A stretch of DNA of 34,835 nucleotides from an uncultured archaeon (GTDB lineage Archaea > Asgardarchaeota > Lokiarchaeia > Sigyniarchaeales > SOKP01): contig CAZDJH010000001.1 in the NCBI GenBank assembly GCA_964505645.1, forward strand, positions 1 through 34,835. The letters are read 5' to 3'. A program made the translations under genes and the position numbers. This document shows, in pieces, positions 27,470 to 34,835 of the stretch (the first letter of the stretch is position 1; each line of letters begins with the position of its first letter). Under the pieces are notes generated by a model. The model was not told the origin of the DNA. It was given only the letters and a program-made list of their open reading frames with translations, and did not search any database.

Positions 27470-27687
27470 AGATTTTTTTACTAAATATTAATATTATTAA
27501 TTTTTTATTTCTTATATTTTTTCATAATCTCCTATTGATTTTTTATAAAATAAAGAAAACCAAATAGCACATTCTCTAAAAGTAAAGTACTTTTTTTTAA
27601 AAGTTCAATAATCTTTCAATGAACTTCTTTTAGAAATAGGGTACTTATAGTAATAAAAAGAGGTTTTGGGACATTGACTGATTCTGC

Positions 27688-28479
27688 CTATGTTCTCAAT
27701 AACTTTGTCTGAACACGGCCCCTTGTAAGTTTATTCATCTTATCCATAAGTTCCATTTGAAACCCCGCAGGTAAACTGATTTTAGCAACCCAACTCCCAT
27801 CTGATTGCCACTCTTCTTGCTTTATTTGGGCATATTGGGCCACAATATTATACCCTTTAGCGGTAAATGATGTGGGAACCTTAATTGCCATTTCGATTTG
27901 TTCCATTTTAATAGGAATGATGGTTCTGATCTGCTTGACGACATCATCTACTTGTTCTTCGGCGTTTTTCATTAGATCAACCTTCACATTTGCCTCCTCA
28001 ATTGCTTTCTCAATACGTTCTGGTGGATGGGGTTTATTATTCTGTGGATTAATGGCGTTTTTACTGATGTTATTAATTATTTGCTTTAGCTTCTTTTCTC
28101 GTTCTTCTTCCCGCTGGGTTTGTGTCCATTGTATCTTTCCTTCCAAAAGGATATGAGCACCTATTACATTTCCATCCGTGGTGTCGAATACCGCTTCCAT
28201 ATCTCCATTCGTGGCTTTTTTCCCCCTCCTTAAATCTTCGAATACGACAAAGCTCTCAAAAATGAGTTCTAATGGGATCTTAGGATCATCGACCACTTCT
28301 TGTACCGTTAATCGAGACTTTTCCTTTCCTTCTTTAAGTCGTTTGTTTATCTCTTCCCTAACATACTTTTTTGCTTTCCATGCGCGCTCAGGATCCATCA
28401 GCATCTCAAATATCCTCCCTCCTTTCTCAATTCGACCGATGATATTATTCCCTAAATCCATTCTCGCACGATCAATCAA
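27688..28479 (-). CDS. sdo1: SBDS-family ribosome maturation protein
   Basis: IGRIEKGGRIFEMLMDPERAW and NAINPQNNKPHPPERIEKAIEEANVKVD...AEEQVDDVVKQIRTIIPIKME match the archaeal SBDS consensus. Confidence 0.9.
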   Translation of the reverse strand: MIDRARMDLGNNIIGRIEKGGRIFEMLMDPERAWKAKKYVREEINKRLKEGKEKSRLTVQEVVDDPKIPLELIFESFVVFEDLRRGKKATNGDMEAVFDTTDGNVIGAHILLEGKIQWTQTQREEEREKKLKQIINNISKNAINPQNNKPHPPERIEKAIEEANVKVDLMKNAEEQVDDVVKQIRTIIPIKMEQIEMAIKVPTSFTAKGYNIVAQYAQIKQEEWQSDGSWVAKISLPAGFQMELMDKMNKLTRGRVQTKLLRT

Positions 28480-28586
28480 AATTTGTTCCCTTCTTTTCTC
28501 TTCCTTTAATATTTATTGTAATTTAAGTGAACTTTTCTTACCGTGATAATATGAAAAATAAAAATACGGGTAAAACAATCTTTTTC

Positions 28587-29303
28587 TTATAACTTAGATA
28601 AGAGTTCCTTTTTCTCTTCAAGAGTTAATAAATGGAACTTTTGGTCTTCTATAACATATGCAACATCACATGTGTGTTCATTGAGATTTTCCTCACCCAT
28701 CACATTTTTCAAGGTCTTTACGGGCAATAACTTAAGATCCTCATCAGAGATATCGCGATCATAGTTTTCCTCTAAGAAGGTCCTTGCTTCATTAGCTCCC
28801 GACCCAATTGCGAATGCATAATAAGCCCATAAGGCACCCGATGGATCCGTTAGGTATAAACCGGTATCTCCATTGGGGTTAATTCCACCAATTAGGAACG
28901 ACACTCCAAAAGGTCGTACCCCGGCATTCTGGGTGTATGCTTGAAGCAATTCACAAATCTTTAGGGTTAATTCCTTAACCGAGATTTTCTCATCGTAATT
29001 TAAAATGTTGACTTGGGATTCGACTCTACCTTTATCAATCAAAACGCGAGCGTCCGCAGTCAATCCAGCAATGGCAACGCCGATTTGATCATCAATCTTG
29101 AAGATTTTTTCCGAGCCGAACGTTTCTTGCAATTTCATTTCCTTCTTCTCTACTGCGAAGACCACATTATTATTGTTTCTGGCGCAAATCGCAGTTGTCC
29201 CCCGACGAACCGCCTCTATGGCGTACTCAACTTGGAATAGCCTGCCTTCGGGACTAAATTGGGTGATAGCCATATCGTAGCCCCTACCTTGTTGTGAAAA
29301 CAT
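28587..29303 (-). CDS. psmA: Proteasome alpha subunit
   Basis: YDMAITQFSPEGRLFQVEYAIEAVRRGTTAI is the alpha-subunit N-terminal signature. Confidence 0.92.
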   Translation of the reverse strand: MFSQQGRGYDMAITQFSPEGRLFQVEYAIEAVRRGTTAICARNNNNVVFAVEKKEMKLQETFGSEKIFKIDDQIGVAIAGLTADARVLIDKGRVESQVNILNYDEKISVKELTLKICELLQAYTQNAGVRPFGVSFLIGGINPNGDTGLYLTDPSGALWAYYAFAIGSGANEARTFLEENYDRDISDEDLKLLPVKTLKNVMGEENLNEHTCDVAYVIEDQKFHLLTLEEKKELLSKL

Positions 29304-29746
29304 GTTTCATTAACCTCTTTTAAGTCCTAATACTTTCAGAAAATATTAGTGAAATTTTTATAATTATTATTTTTTAAAGTAAAATAATTGTAATAAATTT
29401 TTAGATTTTAATTACTAGGGTAAATCATAGTAGCCAAAAATCAGGACAAATCTGGACACTATAAAAAAATATAGAATATCGAGATATTATCACTCCCGTT
29501 TCGGTATCTGAAACCCGATTTTGTAGGAAAAATGGGAAATATCTTCTAAAGAGGTGCCCCTTGCCTCTAAAAGCATATATTCAATGTTTTTATCTCCATT
29601 TTACAGTAAAGTGGAGGGGATGTCCCCAAATGTCCAAATTTTTAGCAACGGTTCTCTAAGATCTCTGGGAATTTAATATCTATATGAAAAGAAAAATAAA
29701 AAAAATAAGGGTCTGTTTATAATTCTATTTTTACCTATTAATCTCT

Positions 29747-30706
29747 TTAGCTTTTTTGATCTCCTATATTGCTAACTGTTTCTTTCACATCCTCCAATGT
29801 GACGCCCTTCAGTTTGATCATCTGACAAATGAAGATTAACGAGCTCGCCACAATTCCCGCTAAGTACCACAATTCAATGGACCAAAATAGACCTGAAATT
29901 GCGGAATAAAAGGGCAAATTAAAGAGATAAGAGAAAATACCGATAATCGCCACAGAAATTATAGAAATTAACAGACAAAGGCGCTCGTAGGGTTCAGGAT
30001 CCTCGTCAAAGATGAAAAACTTAATCCAGAATACAAGACATACGAACATAATTGGCGTAAAGATGAGAGATCCTATGCCCAAGAGCAATAAAAGGTACAC
30101 CGCAAATTTACTCCTCCAAATCTCGAGAATCTCCTTTATTGTTGTCTGGTCTTGAATCTCTACTTTCGCATATTGCATTCTAAACGAAAAGTATTTTTTC
30201 TTCGCCCCCCGCCCTACTTTTTTCGCACCACGCTTTACACGGGTGAAGATCCCCTCATCCACAGCGCTTTGAAATTCTTCCCTTATTAAGGGAATAATGT
30301 ATAGCGACAGGGAAATTGAGATGATACCGAAGGCAAACAAGAGAAGGTCAGTCCAGAACGAAATATCAGTAGTGCTTGTGGATGTCGGTGACAGGCTAGA
30401 AACAATTTTATAGGTCCCAAAGATAATCAGGATTACGGGGATTATAACTTGAATGATAATAAACGCATTTACCTCACGCTTTCCGACCTTATCCTTTATC
30501 AAGTTTAGAAGAACCAGAAACAGGTTGGTAATAGTTAAAATTAGCCCAAAACCCGATAAAAATTTCAGCACCCAGAAAAATATGAGGAACGTGTAATTTA
30601 ACACCGTGATCTCGAATACAAAGAGCAACAGAAATAGGACGATCATCAGAACGGTGGAAATAACTAAGCCTATTAAGTAAAAAATGTCGTATTTTTTGAG
30701 TTTCAT
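29747..30706 (-). CDS. Polytopic membrane protein of unknown function with a basic central loop
   Basis: About 4 N-terminal and 3-4 C-terminal hydrophobic helices flank RVKRGAKKVGRGAKKKYFSFRMQYAKVEIQDQ. I recognise no family. Confidence 0.6.
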   Translation of the reverse strand: MKLKKYDIFYLIGLVISTVLMIVLFLLLFVFEITVLNYTFLIFFWVLKFLSGFGLILTITNLFLVLLNLIKDKVGKREVNAFIIIQVIIPVILIIFGTYKIVSSLSPTSTSTTDISFWTDLLLFAFGIISISLSLYIIPLIREEFQSAVDEGIFTRVKRGAKKVGRGAKKKYFSFRMQYAKVEIQDQTTIKEILEIWRSKFAVYLLLLLGIGSLIFTPIMFVCLVFWIKFFIFDEDPEPYERLCLLISIISVAIIGIFSYLFNLPFYSAISGLFWSIELWYLAGIVASSLIFICQMIKLKGVTLEDVKETVSNIGDQKS

Positions 30707-30789
30707 ATTACATACAAATAATGATTTATATTAAATCTTTCAAAAAAAAATTCCTCAAAAGCCATAAAAAGCCCAGCTTTTCCGGAAAA

Positions 30790-31176
30790 TTAGATCAAAA
30801 ATGCCCTTTTATTCACGAGAACCGACCATTCTAAGAGGGTAAGCCCCGTCTCACGTCCAATATGAGCAACCAAATAATCCCCGTCCTTAGTTATGGAGCC
30901 AACAAGATTTCCCCTCTCCCCTGTCAAATTCTTCGCGGCAAATTGTAATTCCTCACTCTTTAATACCGCATATCGCTGATTTTGGAACATAATGGATGGT
31001 TCTTTTTCCCTCCACGCTTTCATTAGTGCTTTAAACACGCCACCATCTAAAGCTTTTTCGGCGGAAATATGATAATGAAAGACAATTTCTGCTTGGGGAT
31101 TGATCAGATAAATCATCTCAATCCCCTCATATTCGCTTAATTCCTCAATAATCTTTTGAAACTCTTCTTTTTCCAT
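30790..31176 (-). CDS. Small alpha/beta protein, profilin-like (alternatives: roadblock/LC7 or longin-like)
   Basis: A 128-aa protein. IMFQNQRYAVLKSEELQFAAKNLTGERGNLVGSITKDGDYLVAHIGRE followed by a C-terminal helix mirrors the profilin core pattern G.KY.vlr.d...i.gKkg..G....kT...lvia.y.e. This was compared by eye only. Confidence 0.4.
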   Translation of the reverse strand: MEKEEFQKIIEELSEYEGIEMIYLINPQAEIVFHYHISAEKALDGGVFKALMKAWREKEPSIMFQNQRYAVLKSEELQFAAKNLTGERGNLVGSITKDGDYLVAHIGRETGLTLLEWSVLVNKRAFLI

Positions 31177-31411
31177 ATATAATCACCTTGCGATGAAAAA
31201 ATTCACTCTTTACTCAAACATAACAATTCATCCATTTAAACTTTGAGTTATGAAGAGTTTTATTAGAAGAAATCTTACAAGGTGCTTTATTACTTTTTTG
31301 GCCCTGCTCCCTCTTATCCCTAATTTCACTATTTTATCGCATCCACAGCATTTTATGGTAGATGAGATTACATAACTTCAAAAATTTTGCTACCTTTTCT
31401 TATGGGAGACC

Positions 31412-32200
31412 ATGGTTGTTAGAATCATATTAAGCGATAAATTATATAATTTTTCAAACGAACGCGAGAAACGAGATCTCCTTTCACGGTATTTAAAATA
31501 CCTGCAGGGGTTAATCCAAGGGTTTTCCAATACAGAGGTTAGGGTCCGAAAGGTCCGAGATGAGGATAAGCGGGTGGAATTGCTGATTAAAGGGCCCGAT
31601 GAAAACTTTATAAAAAACATCTTCCGCGCGGAGGTTGGGGGAACGCGTCAATTTAAGGATCTTCAAGTGGGAGAAGTGCTCCAAGGCACTTTAATAGATG
31701 TGGGAAAGGTAGGTTTCGGTCTATTTGTCGATTGCGGGATTATTAAACCCACCTCAGATGTGTTGATCCCATTGTTTACACTGCGAGAACAACTAGGCGC
31801 TGGCAAAAGGATTTCGCTAAACGAAATCGTACACGCCTATGATTTTATTGATTACTTTCCCTTGGTTGTGAAAGTAACGGAAATTAATGTTGAAGACCAC
31901 AACATAAAAGCAGAAATCGCACCCGACAGTTTGAAGATTTTTAAAAAAATTATGGCAGAGAATATTGAAGGGTTGGCTATTTGTGGTGAGACAAAAGGGC
32001 AATTTAAGAAGGCACTTATCAGAGAAGGACACCTCCACGATATTATTACCCTAGAACGATACGGGTTCCTTGAGCACTTGGCTCTGCTTACTGGCAATAC
32101 AAGTGCGCCGGGGGTAATCGCGCAGATCGGCAAATACCTCCCGGGCTGTAAATTTTCCGTGCTCAACCCAAAACGAATGAGCGCTCTCAAGGAAGATTAA
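31412..32200 (+). CDS. Conserved-archaeal-type protein with a central S1-like OB motif (possibly DUF2110 family)
   Basis: VGEVLQGTLIDVGKVGFGLFVDCGI resembles the S1-domain core G.vv.G.V..v...G.fV. The family assignment is tentative. Confidence 0.45.
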   Translation: MVVRIILSDKLYNFSNEREKRDLLSRYLKYLQGLIQGFSNTEVRVRKVRDEDKRVELLIKGPDENFIKNIFRAEVGGTRQFKDLQVGEVLQGTLIDVGKVGFGLFVDCGIIKPTSDVLIPLFTLREQLGAGKRISLNEIVHAYDFIDYFPLVVKVTEINVEDHNIKAEIAPDSLKIFKKIMAENIEGLAICGETKGQFKKALIREGHLHDIITLERYGFLEHLALLTGNTSAPGVIAQIGKYLPGCKFSVLNPKRMSALKED

Positions 32201-32220
32201 ATAAAAGGAAAGAGAAATAG

Positions 32221-32294
32221 TGAGCCCGGAGAGATTCGAACTCCCGACCTTCGCGGTGTAAACGCGACGTCATAGCCAGCTAGACTACGGGCTC
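32221..32294 (-). tRNA. tRNA-Val (anticodon UAC), 74 nt, no encoded CCA
   Basis: The minus-strand read is GAGCCCG TA GTCT AGCTGGCTA TGAC G TCGCG TTTACAC CGCGA AGGTC GGGAG TTCGAAT CTCTC CGGGCTC A. It has a 7-bp acceptor stem, a 5-bp anticodon stem, the anticodon TAC and a canonical T-loop. Confidence 0.9.
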
Positions 32295-32317
32295 ATTTAT
32301 TATTCCTTATGTGCCTT

Positions 32318-32327
32318 TATTTATAAA
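32318..32327 (-). promoter_or_regulatory. TATA box (TTTATAAATA) about 24-33 nt upstream of the tRNA-Val 5' end
   Basis: Read on the minus strand. The spacing is typical of archaeal TATA elements. Confidence 0.4.
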
Positions 32328-32336
32328 CGGTAAAAT

Positions 32337-32464
32337 TGGCGCTCAAGGTGGGAGTTTCTGGTGGAAGATTATGTATCAGCACCATTCGAACCCACGCGCC
32401 CGCATGGGCACTGGTTTAGCAGACCAGCGCTTTTGGCAAGTTCTACCAGCTAAGCGACTTGAGC
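32337..32464 (-). tRNA. tRNA-Ser (anticodon GCU), class II, with a 31-nt T-loop intron and an encoded CCA
   Basis: On the minus strand the acceptor is GCTCAAG/CTTGAGC. The anticodon arm is CTGGT-CTGCTAA-ACCAG, with the anticodon at 32418-32420. The long variable arm is GCCC-ATGC-GGGC. The T stem is GTGGG followed by TTCGAA, then 31 nt, then T-CCCAC. The discriminator G and CCA sit at 32337-32340. Confidence 0.8.
32354..32384 (-). other. Non-canonical tRNA intron (position about 59/60) with a bulge-helix-bulge fold
   Basis: The intron is TGGTGCTGATACATAATCTTCCACCAGAAAC. The fold is helix GTGGG/CCCAC, then bulge ACT, then TTC(G)/(A)GAA, then bulge AAT, then helix GGTG/CACC closed by a 16-nt loop. 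Confidence 0.7.
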
Positions 32465-32480
32465 TGTTTTTTTCAAAATT

Positions 32481-32488
32481 TTTTATAA
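32481..32488 (-). promoter_or_regulatory. TATA box (TTATAAAA) about 17-24 nt upstream of the tRNA-Ser 5' end
   Basis: Read on the minus strand: TGTTATAAAAAATTTTGAAAAAAACA precedes G+1. Confidence 0.35.
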
Positions 32489-32756
32489 CATTAAATAAAA
32501 TAAATGTTTTAAAATAAAATTTTTTATCTGAAATAGAAACTAAAGATGTAATCCTTGCGATGATTTCCGTAACAAAATATATAAAATAAAAGGAATAATT
32601 TATGCTTTTTTGTCAAATAAGACCTTGACAAATGTTGATTTAATATTTAAGTTAATGAACTTTCATAACCAACTCTATGAGTTTTCACAGATTTTAGATT
32701 TCGTCTTATATGGAGATTGTTTAATATGTATATTTTTAAGTTTTTTGGTGCAATCT

Positions 32757-33269
32757 TTATAAGCTAACCGATCTTGTGTTTAAAAAATGAAATTCTCTAA
32801 AAGTAATAAAATATTCAGGATGCCTTCTATAAACTGAAAAATATTCTTCATAATTATTTTTAAGCCAATCTTTTTGTATCTCAAATGATTTTTTTGTAAA
32901 AAAACATTTTTTAATAACATACTTAGCTCCCTTAAGAGATTTAGAATGTTCTTCAAAAGTTTTAACAATGTAAACACGAATACGATCACCAAAAATATTA
33001 GTACCGCCTATATATCCAGAATTATCAGAAATTATTGAATTTAAAAAACATTCTTTAAGGTAATTAGCTTTCTGAGTTAGTTTTATATAATATTTTTTAT
33101 TATTAGGGGAAATGTCTCCTGTTCTTAGAGATGACATTATAAACATAAGACGATTCCACTCTTCATGAATAGCAAGCTGAATCACTTTACGAAAGTTATT
33201 ACGAATTTGTATCAACTTAGGATGATTGAGACTAAACAATCTCGGAGGCGGTAAATTCTTTTTAACCAT
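32757..33269 (-). CDS. Hypothetical protein (170 aa), orphan
   Basis: A long ORF in a very AT-rich block, 55 nt downstream of the 465-aa ORF on the same strand. I recognise no motif. Confidence 0.5.
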   Translation of the reverse strand: MVKKNLPPPRLFSLNHPKLIQIRNNFRKVIQLAIHEEWNRLMFIMSSLRTGDISPNNKKYYIKLTQKANYLKECFLNSIISDNSGYIGGTNIFGDRIRVYIVKTFEEHSKSLKGAKYVIKKCFFTKKSFEIQKDWLKNNYEEYFSVYRRHPEYFITFREFHFLNTRSVSL

Positions 33270-33324
33270 ATGTGTATCACAAAAAAATAATAAAACATTT
33301 ATATATAACTAAAATACTCAAAAC

Positions 33325-34722
33325 TTATTGCAATTTTAAATTACAATAAGGCTCCAATAAATCGAAAATTGACATTAATCTAACTTCATGATACTGATTA
33401 ATTACACAATAATTTCTGATTAACCACTCCCAAGCGTCATCGGAATTAACTTTTCCAAAAACATTCCATTTTATATCTGGACTCTCGCCCGTTAACCAAG
33501 AATATCTTACTACTCTTTCTACTAAACTTACATAATTTTCAAAAAATTCCGATTGACCAAGTGAATTTATAAACCAATCCCTTAAATTTAATGTTTTAGA
33601 ATTAAAATCATCTAGACGTTTTTTGTATTCTTGAATGAAATTACTAAAACCCAATGAATCAAATTCAAAGCCATAACTAGATTCACCGTTCTCTTCAACT
33701 AAGGGAGCCCAAATAAAGATTTCATCGCTGGAATCAAAACCAGCGCGATCCAAAAATATATAATCAGATAATTTTTTTGTCATAAACTCTTGCTTCAAAT
33801 TTTCAATAGAAAATTCTATATCACTAAACGCTAATTGATAAAGATGATACATACGAGCTTGAATAATTAAATTGAAAAAATCTTCACCTTCATGACCATG
33901 TAACTCATTATAATGGGGTTGAGCAGATAAAGGAGCTAACATAAATTTAAAAGATGTTTTCCAAATACTACTTTCTCCATTCTCGATAAACTTATAAAAA
34001 TTGGCAAAGAAGGAATTACCTTCAAGATGCGCCCTTACCACTCCTTGATCTGTAGAACCAGGCGATGCATCACCATTAAGTTGACCTTCACCAAAAAATG
34101 AACAAGTAAAAGGACATAAACCTTTAGTGATTTTCATCATTTCAAAAATTTGATAAGTTTTAACTTCAGACAACATAAAATAAACAGAATGAGTTGAAGT
34201 CACACTCGTTAATCCTCCCGTTTTAGGAGCAACTTTATAATACAAATTATATTTATCGATTAAATTTTTCAAAGAGCCCATGGAATGCCATTGGTTTAAG
34301 GAAATAAGTTTATCAATAATTAATTTGCATAACTCTCTACTCATAGGAAGACCTGAAGCAAAAACCTTTTTAAACAACTGTCTATATTGATTATTCTCAA
34401 GATCCCCTTTAATAAAACCCCCTAAATCATCAATAGTAAAATATTTCTCAGTCATTCCACCTTTATAATCATTAAGAAGACCATTTGTTTCTTCATTATA
34501 CTTATTTAAAACAATCAACGTATCAAAAATTAAATCAAATAATAATCTATTATTTTCCGTGCCTAAAGATCTACGCGGATAATTATTCCCCCTAAAATCT
34601 ATATGCAAACTACTTAAAAACCCATAATCCCTCAACTTATGATGAACTAAATTTCTTATGTGTACTTTGAAACTACTATAATCGAAAATATAAGAACCCT
34701 TAAAGTTGACCTCAGAAATCAC
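33325..34722 (-). CDS. Hypothetical protein (465 aa), orphan
   Basis: An uninterrupted 1.4-kb ORF despite about 25-30% GC, which makes a chance ORF unlikely. I recognise no catalytic motif with confidence; ELHGHEGED could bind metal. Confidence 0.55.
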   Translation of the reverse strand: MISEVNFKGSYIFDYSSFKVHIRNLVHHKLRDYGFLSSLHIDFRGNNYPRRSLGTENNRLLFDLIFDTLIVLNKYNEETNGLLNDYKGGMTEKYFTIDDLGGFIKGDLENNQYRQLFKKVFASGLPMSRELCKLIIDKLISLNQWHSMGSLKNLIDKYNLYYKVAPKTGGLTSVTSTHSVYFMLSEVKTYQIFEMMKITKGLCPFTCSFFGEGQLNGDASPGSTDQGVVRAHLEGNSFFANFYKFIENGESSIWKTSFKFMLAPLSAQPHYNELHGHEGEDFFNLIIQARMYHLYQLAFSDIEFSIENLKQEFMTKKLSDYIFLDRAGFDSSDEIFIWAPLVEENGESSYGFEFDSLGFSNFIQEYKKRLDDFNSKTLNLRDWFINSLGQSEFFENYVSLVERVVRYSWLTGESPDIKWNVFGKVNSDDAWEWLIRNYCVINQYHEVRLMSIFDLLEPYCNLKLQ

Positions 34723-34835
34723 ATCAGGATCAATGGAATAACAAGATAAAAGAAAATTAATGTATGAAGATAATGTGGAGAATTTCCTATTACTTGACTT
34801 TCAAAGATAGAAAATTTTTAAATTTTATTTTCCTT

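Noticed and set aside
27872-28546. Antisense ORFs inside annotated genes. Examples shown are 27872-28156 and 28178-28546. Others include 776-964, 2224-2427, 2689-3087, 3189-3461, 5751-6026, 6851-7231, 11644-11913, 14566-14856, 23641-23916, 24294-24927, 26865-27140, 29013-29280 and 31817-32190.
   Set aside because: Each lies within or opposite a longer ORF that has a clear protein-family match. Their sequences are low-complexity or Ser/Leu/Phe-rich, as expected for shadow frames in AT-rich DNA.
32311-32517. 68-aa plus-strand ORF in the ORF track
   Set aside because: It lies entirely antisense to the intron-containing tRNA-Ser(GCU) gene and its promoter. The tRNA structure explains the sequence.
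32762-32778. Partial similarity (agctaaccgatcttgtg) to the 5' end of tRNA-Ser (agctaagcgacttgagc, 32448-32464) as a possible att duplication
   Set aside because: It is an imperfect match of about 13 identities over 17-18 aligned positions and needs a gap. It lies only 300 nt from the tRNA, inside or at the end of a CDS, and does not flank the AT-rich block.
33325-34722. LAGLIDADG-like motifs (LGGFIKGDL and SFFGEGQLNGD, about 110 residues apart) in the 465-aa orphan protein
   Set aside because: Both motifs are degenerate. The first lacks the terminal Gly and the second is one residue short. The protein is much larger than typical two-motif homing endonucleases, and no host intron or intein context exists.
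1-34835. Scan for CRISPR arrays, transposases, integrases, rRNA genes, inteins and in-frame recoding signals
   Set aside because: I saw no regularly spaced direct repeats, no DDE/tyrosine-recombinase-like ORFs, no rRNA-like segments, and no interrupted or frameshifted housekeeping genes. The scan was by eye only.

Overview
This is an AT-rich archaeal chromosomal segment, about one-third G+C by eye. It has about 38 protein genes and two tRNA genes. I saw no CRISPR array, transposase or integrase.

The backbone is archaeal housekeeping:
- The exosome/proteasome 'superoperon': psmA, SBDS, rrp4, rrp41, rrp42, then rpl37ae, pcc1 and pfdB.
- KEOPS/t6A genes: Pcc1, Cgi121 and TsaC/Sua5.
- A group-II ECF transporter module (ecfA1-ecfA2-ecfT).
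- Several pterin/tetrahydromethanopterin-type biosynthesis genes: a DHPS-like protein, DUF1464, DUF447, MptD and beta-RFAP synthase.

The accessory or unusual content is:
1. A glycyl-radical enzyme, its activase and a split-barrel protein, with a divergent wHTH/degenerate-methyltransferase gene.
2. A histone with a ~52-residue lysine/threonine-rich N-terminal tail.
3. A rifampicin-phosphotransferase-like PEP-utilizing enzyme and an orphan gene, inserted inside the exosome superoperon.
4. A small profilin/roadblock-like protein.
5. A tRNA-Ser(GCU) interrupted in the T-loop by a 31-nt intron that folds into a bulge-helix-bulge motif.
6. A very AT-rich block next to the tRNAs with two orphan genes.

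The gene content (tailed histone, profilin-like protein, H4MPT genes, low GC) fits an Asgard (Loki-type) archaeon best. That is an inference I cannot verify without database searches. All functional calls rest on motifs recognised by eye in the supplied translations.
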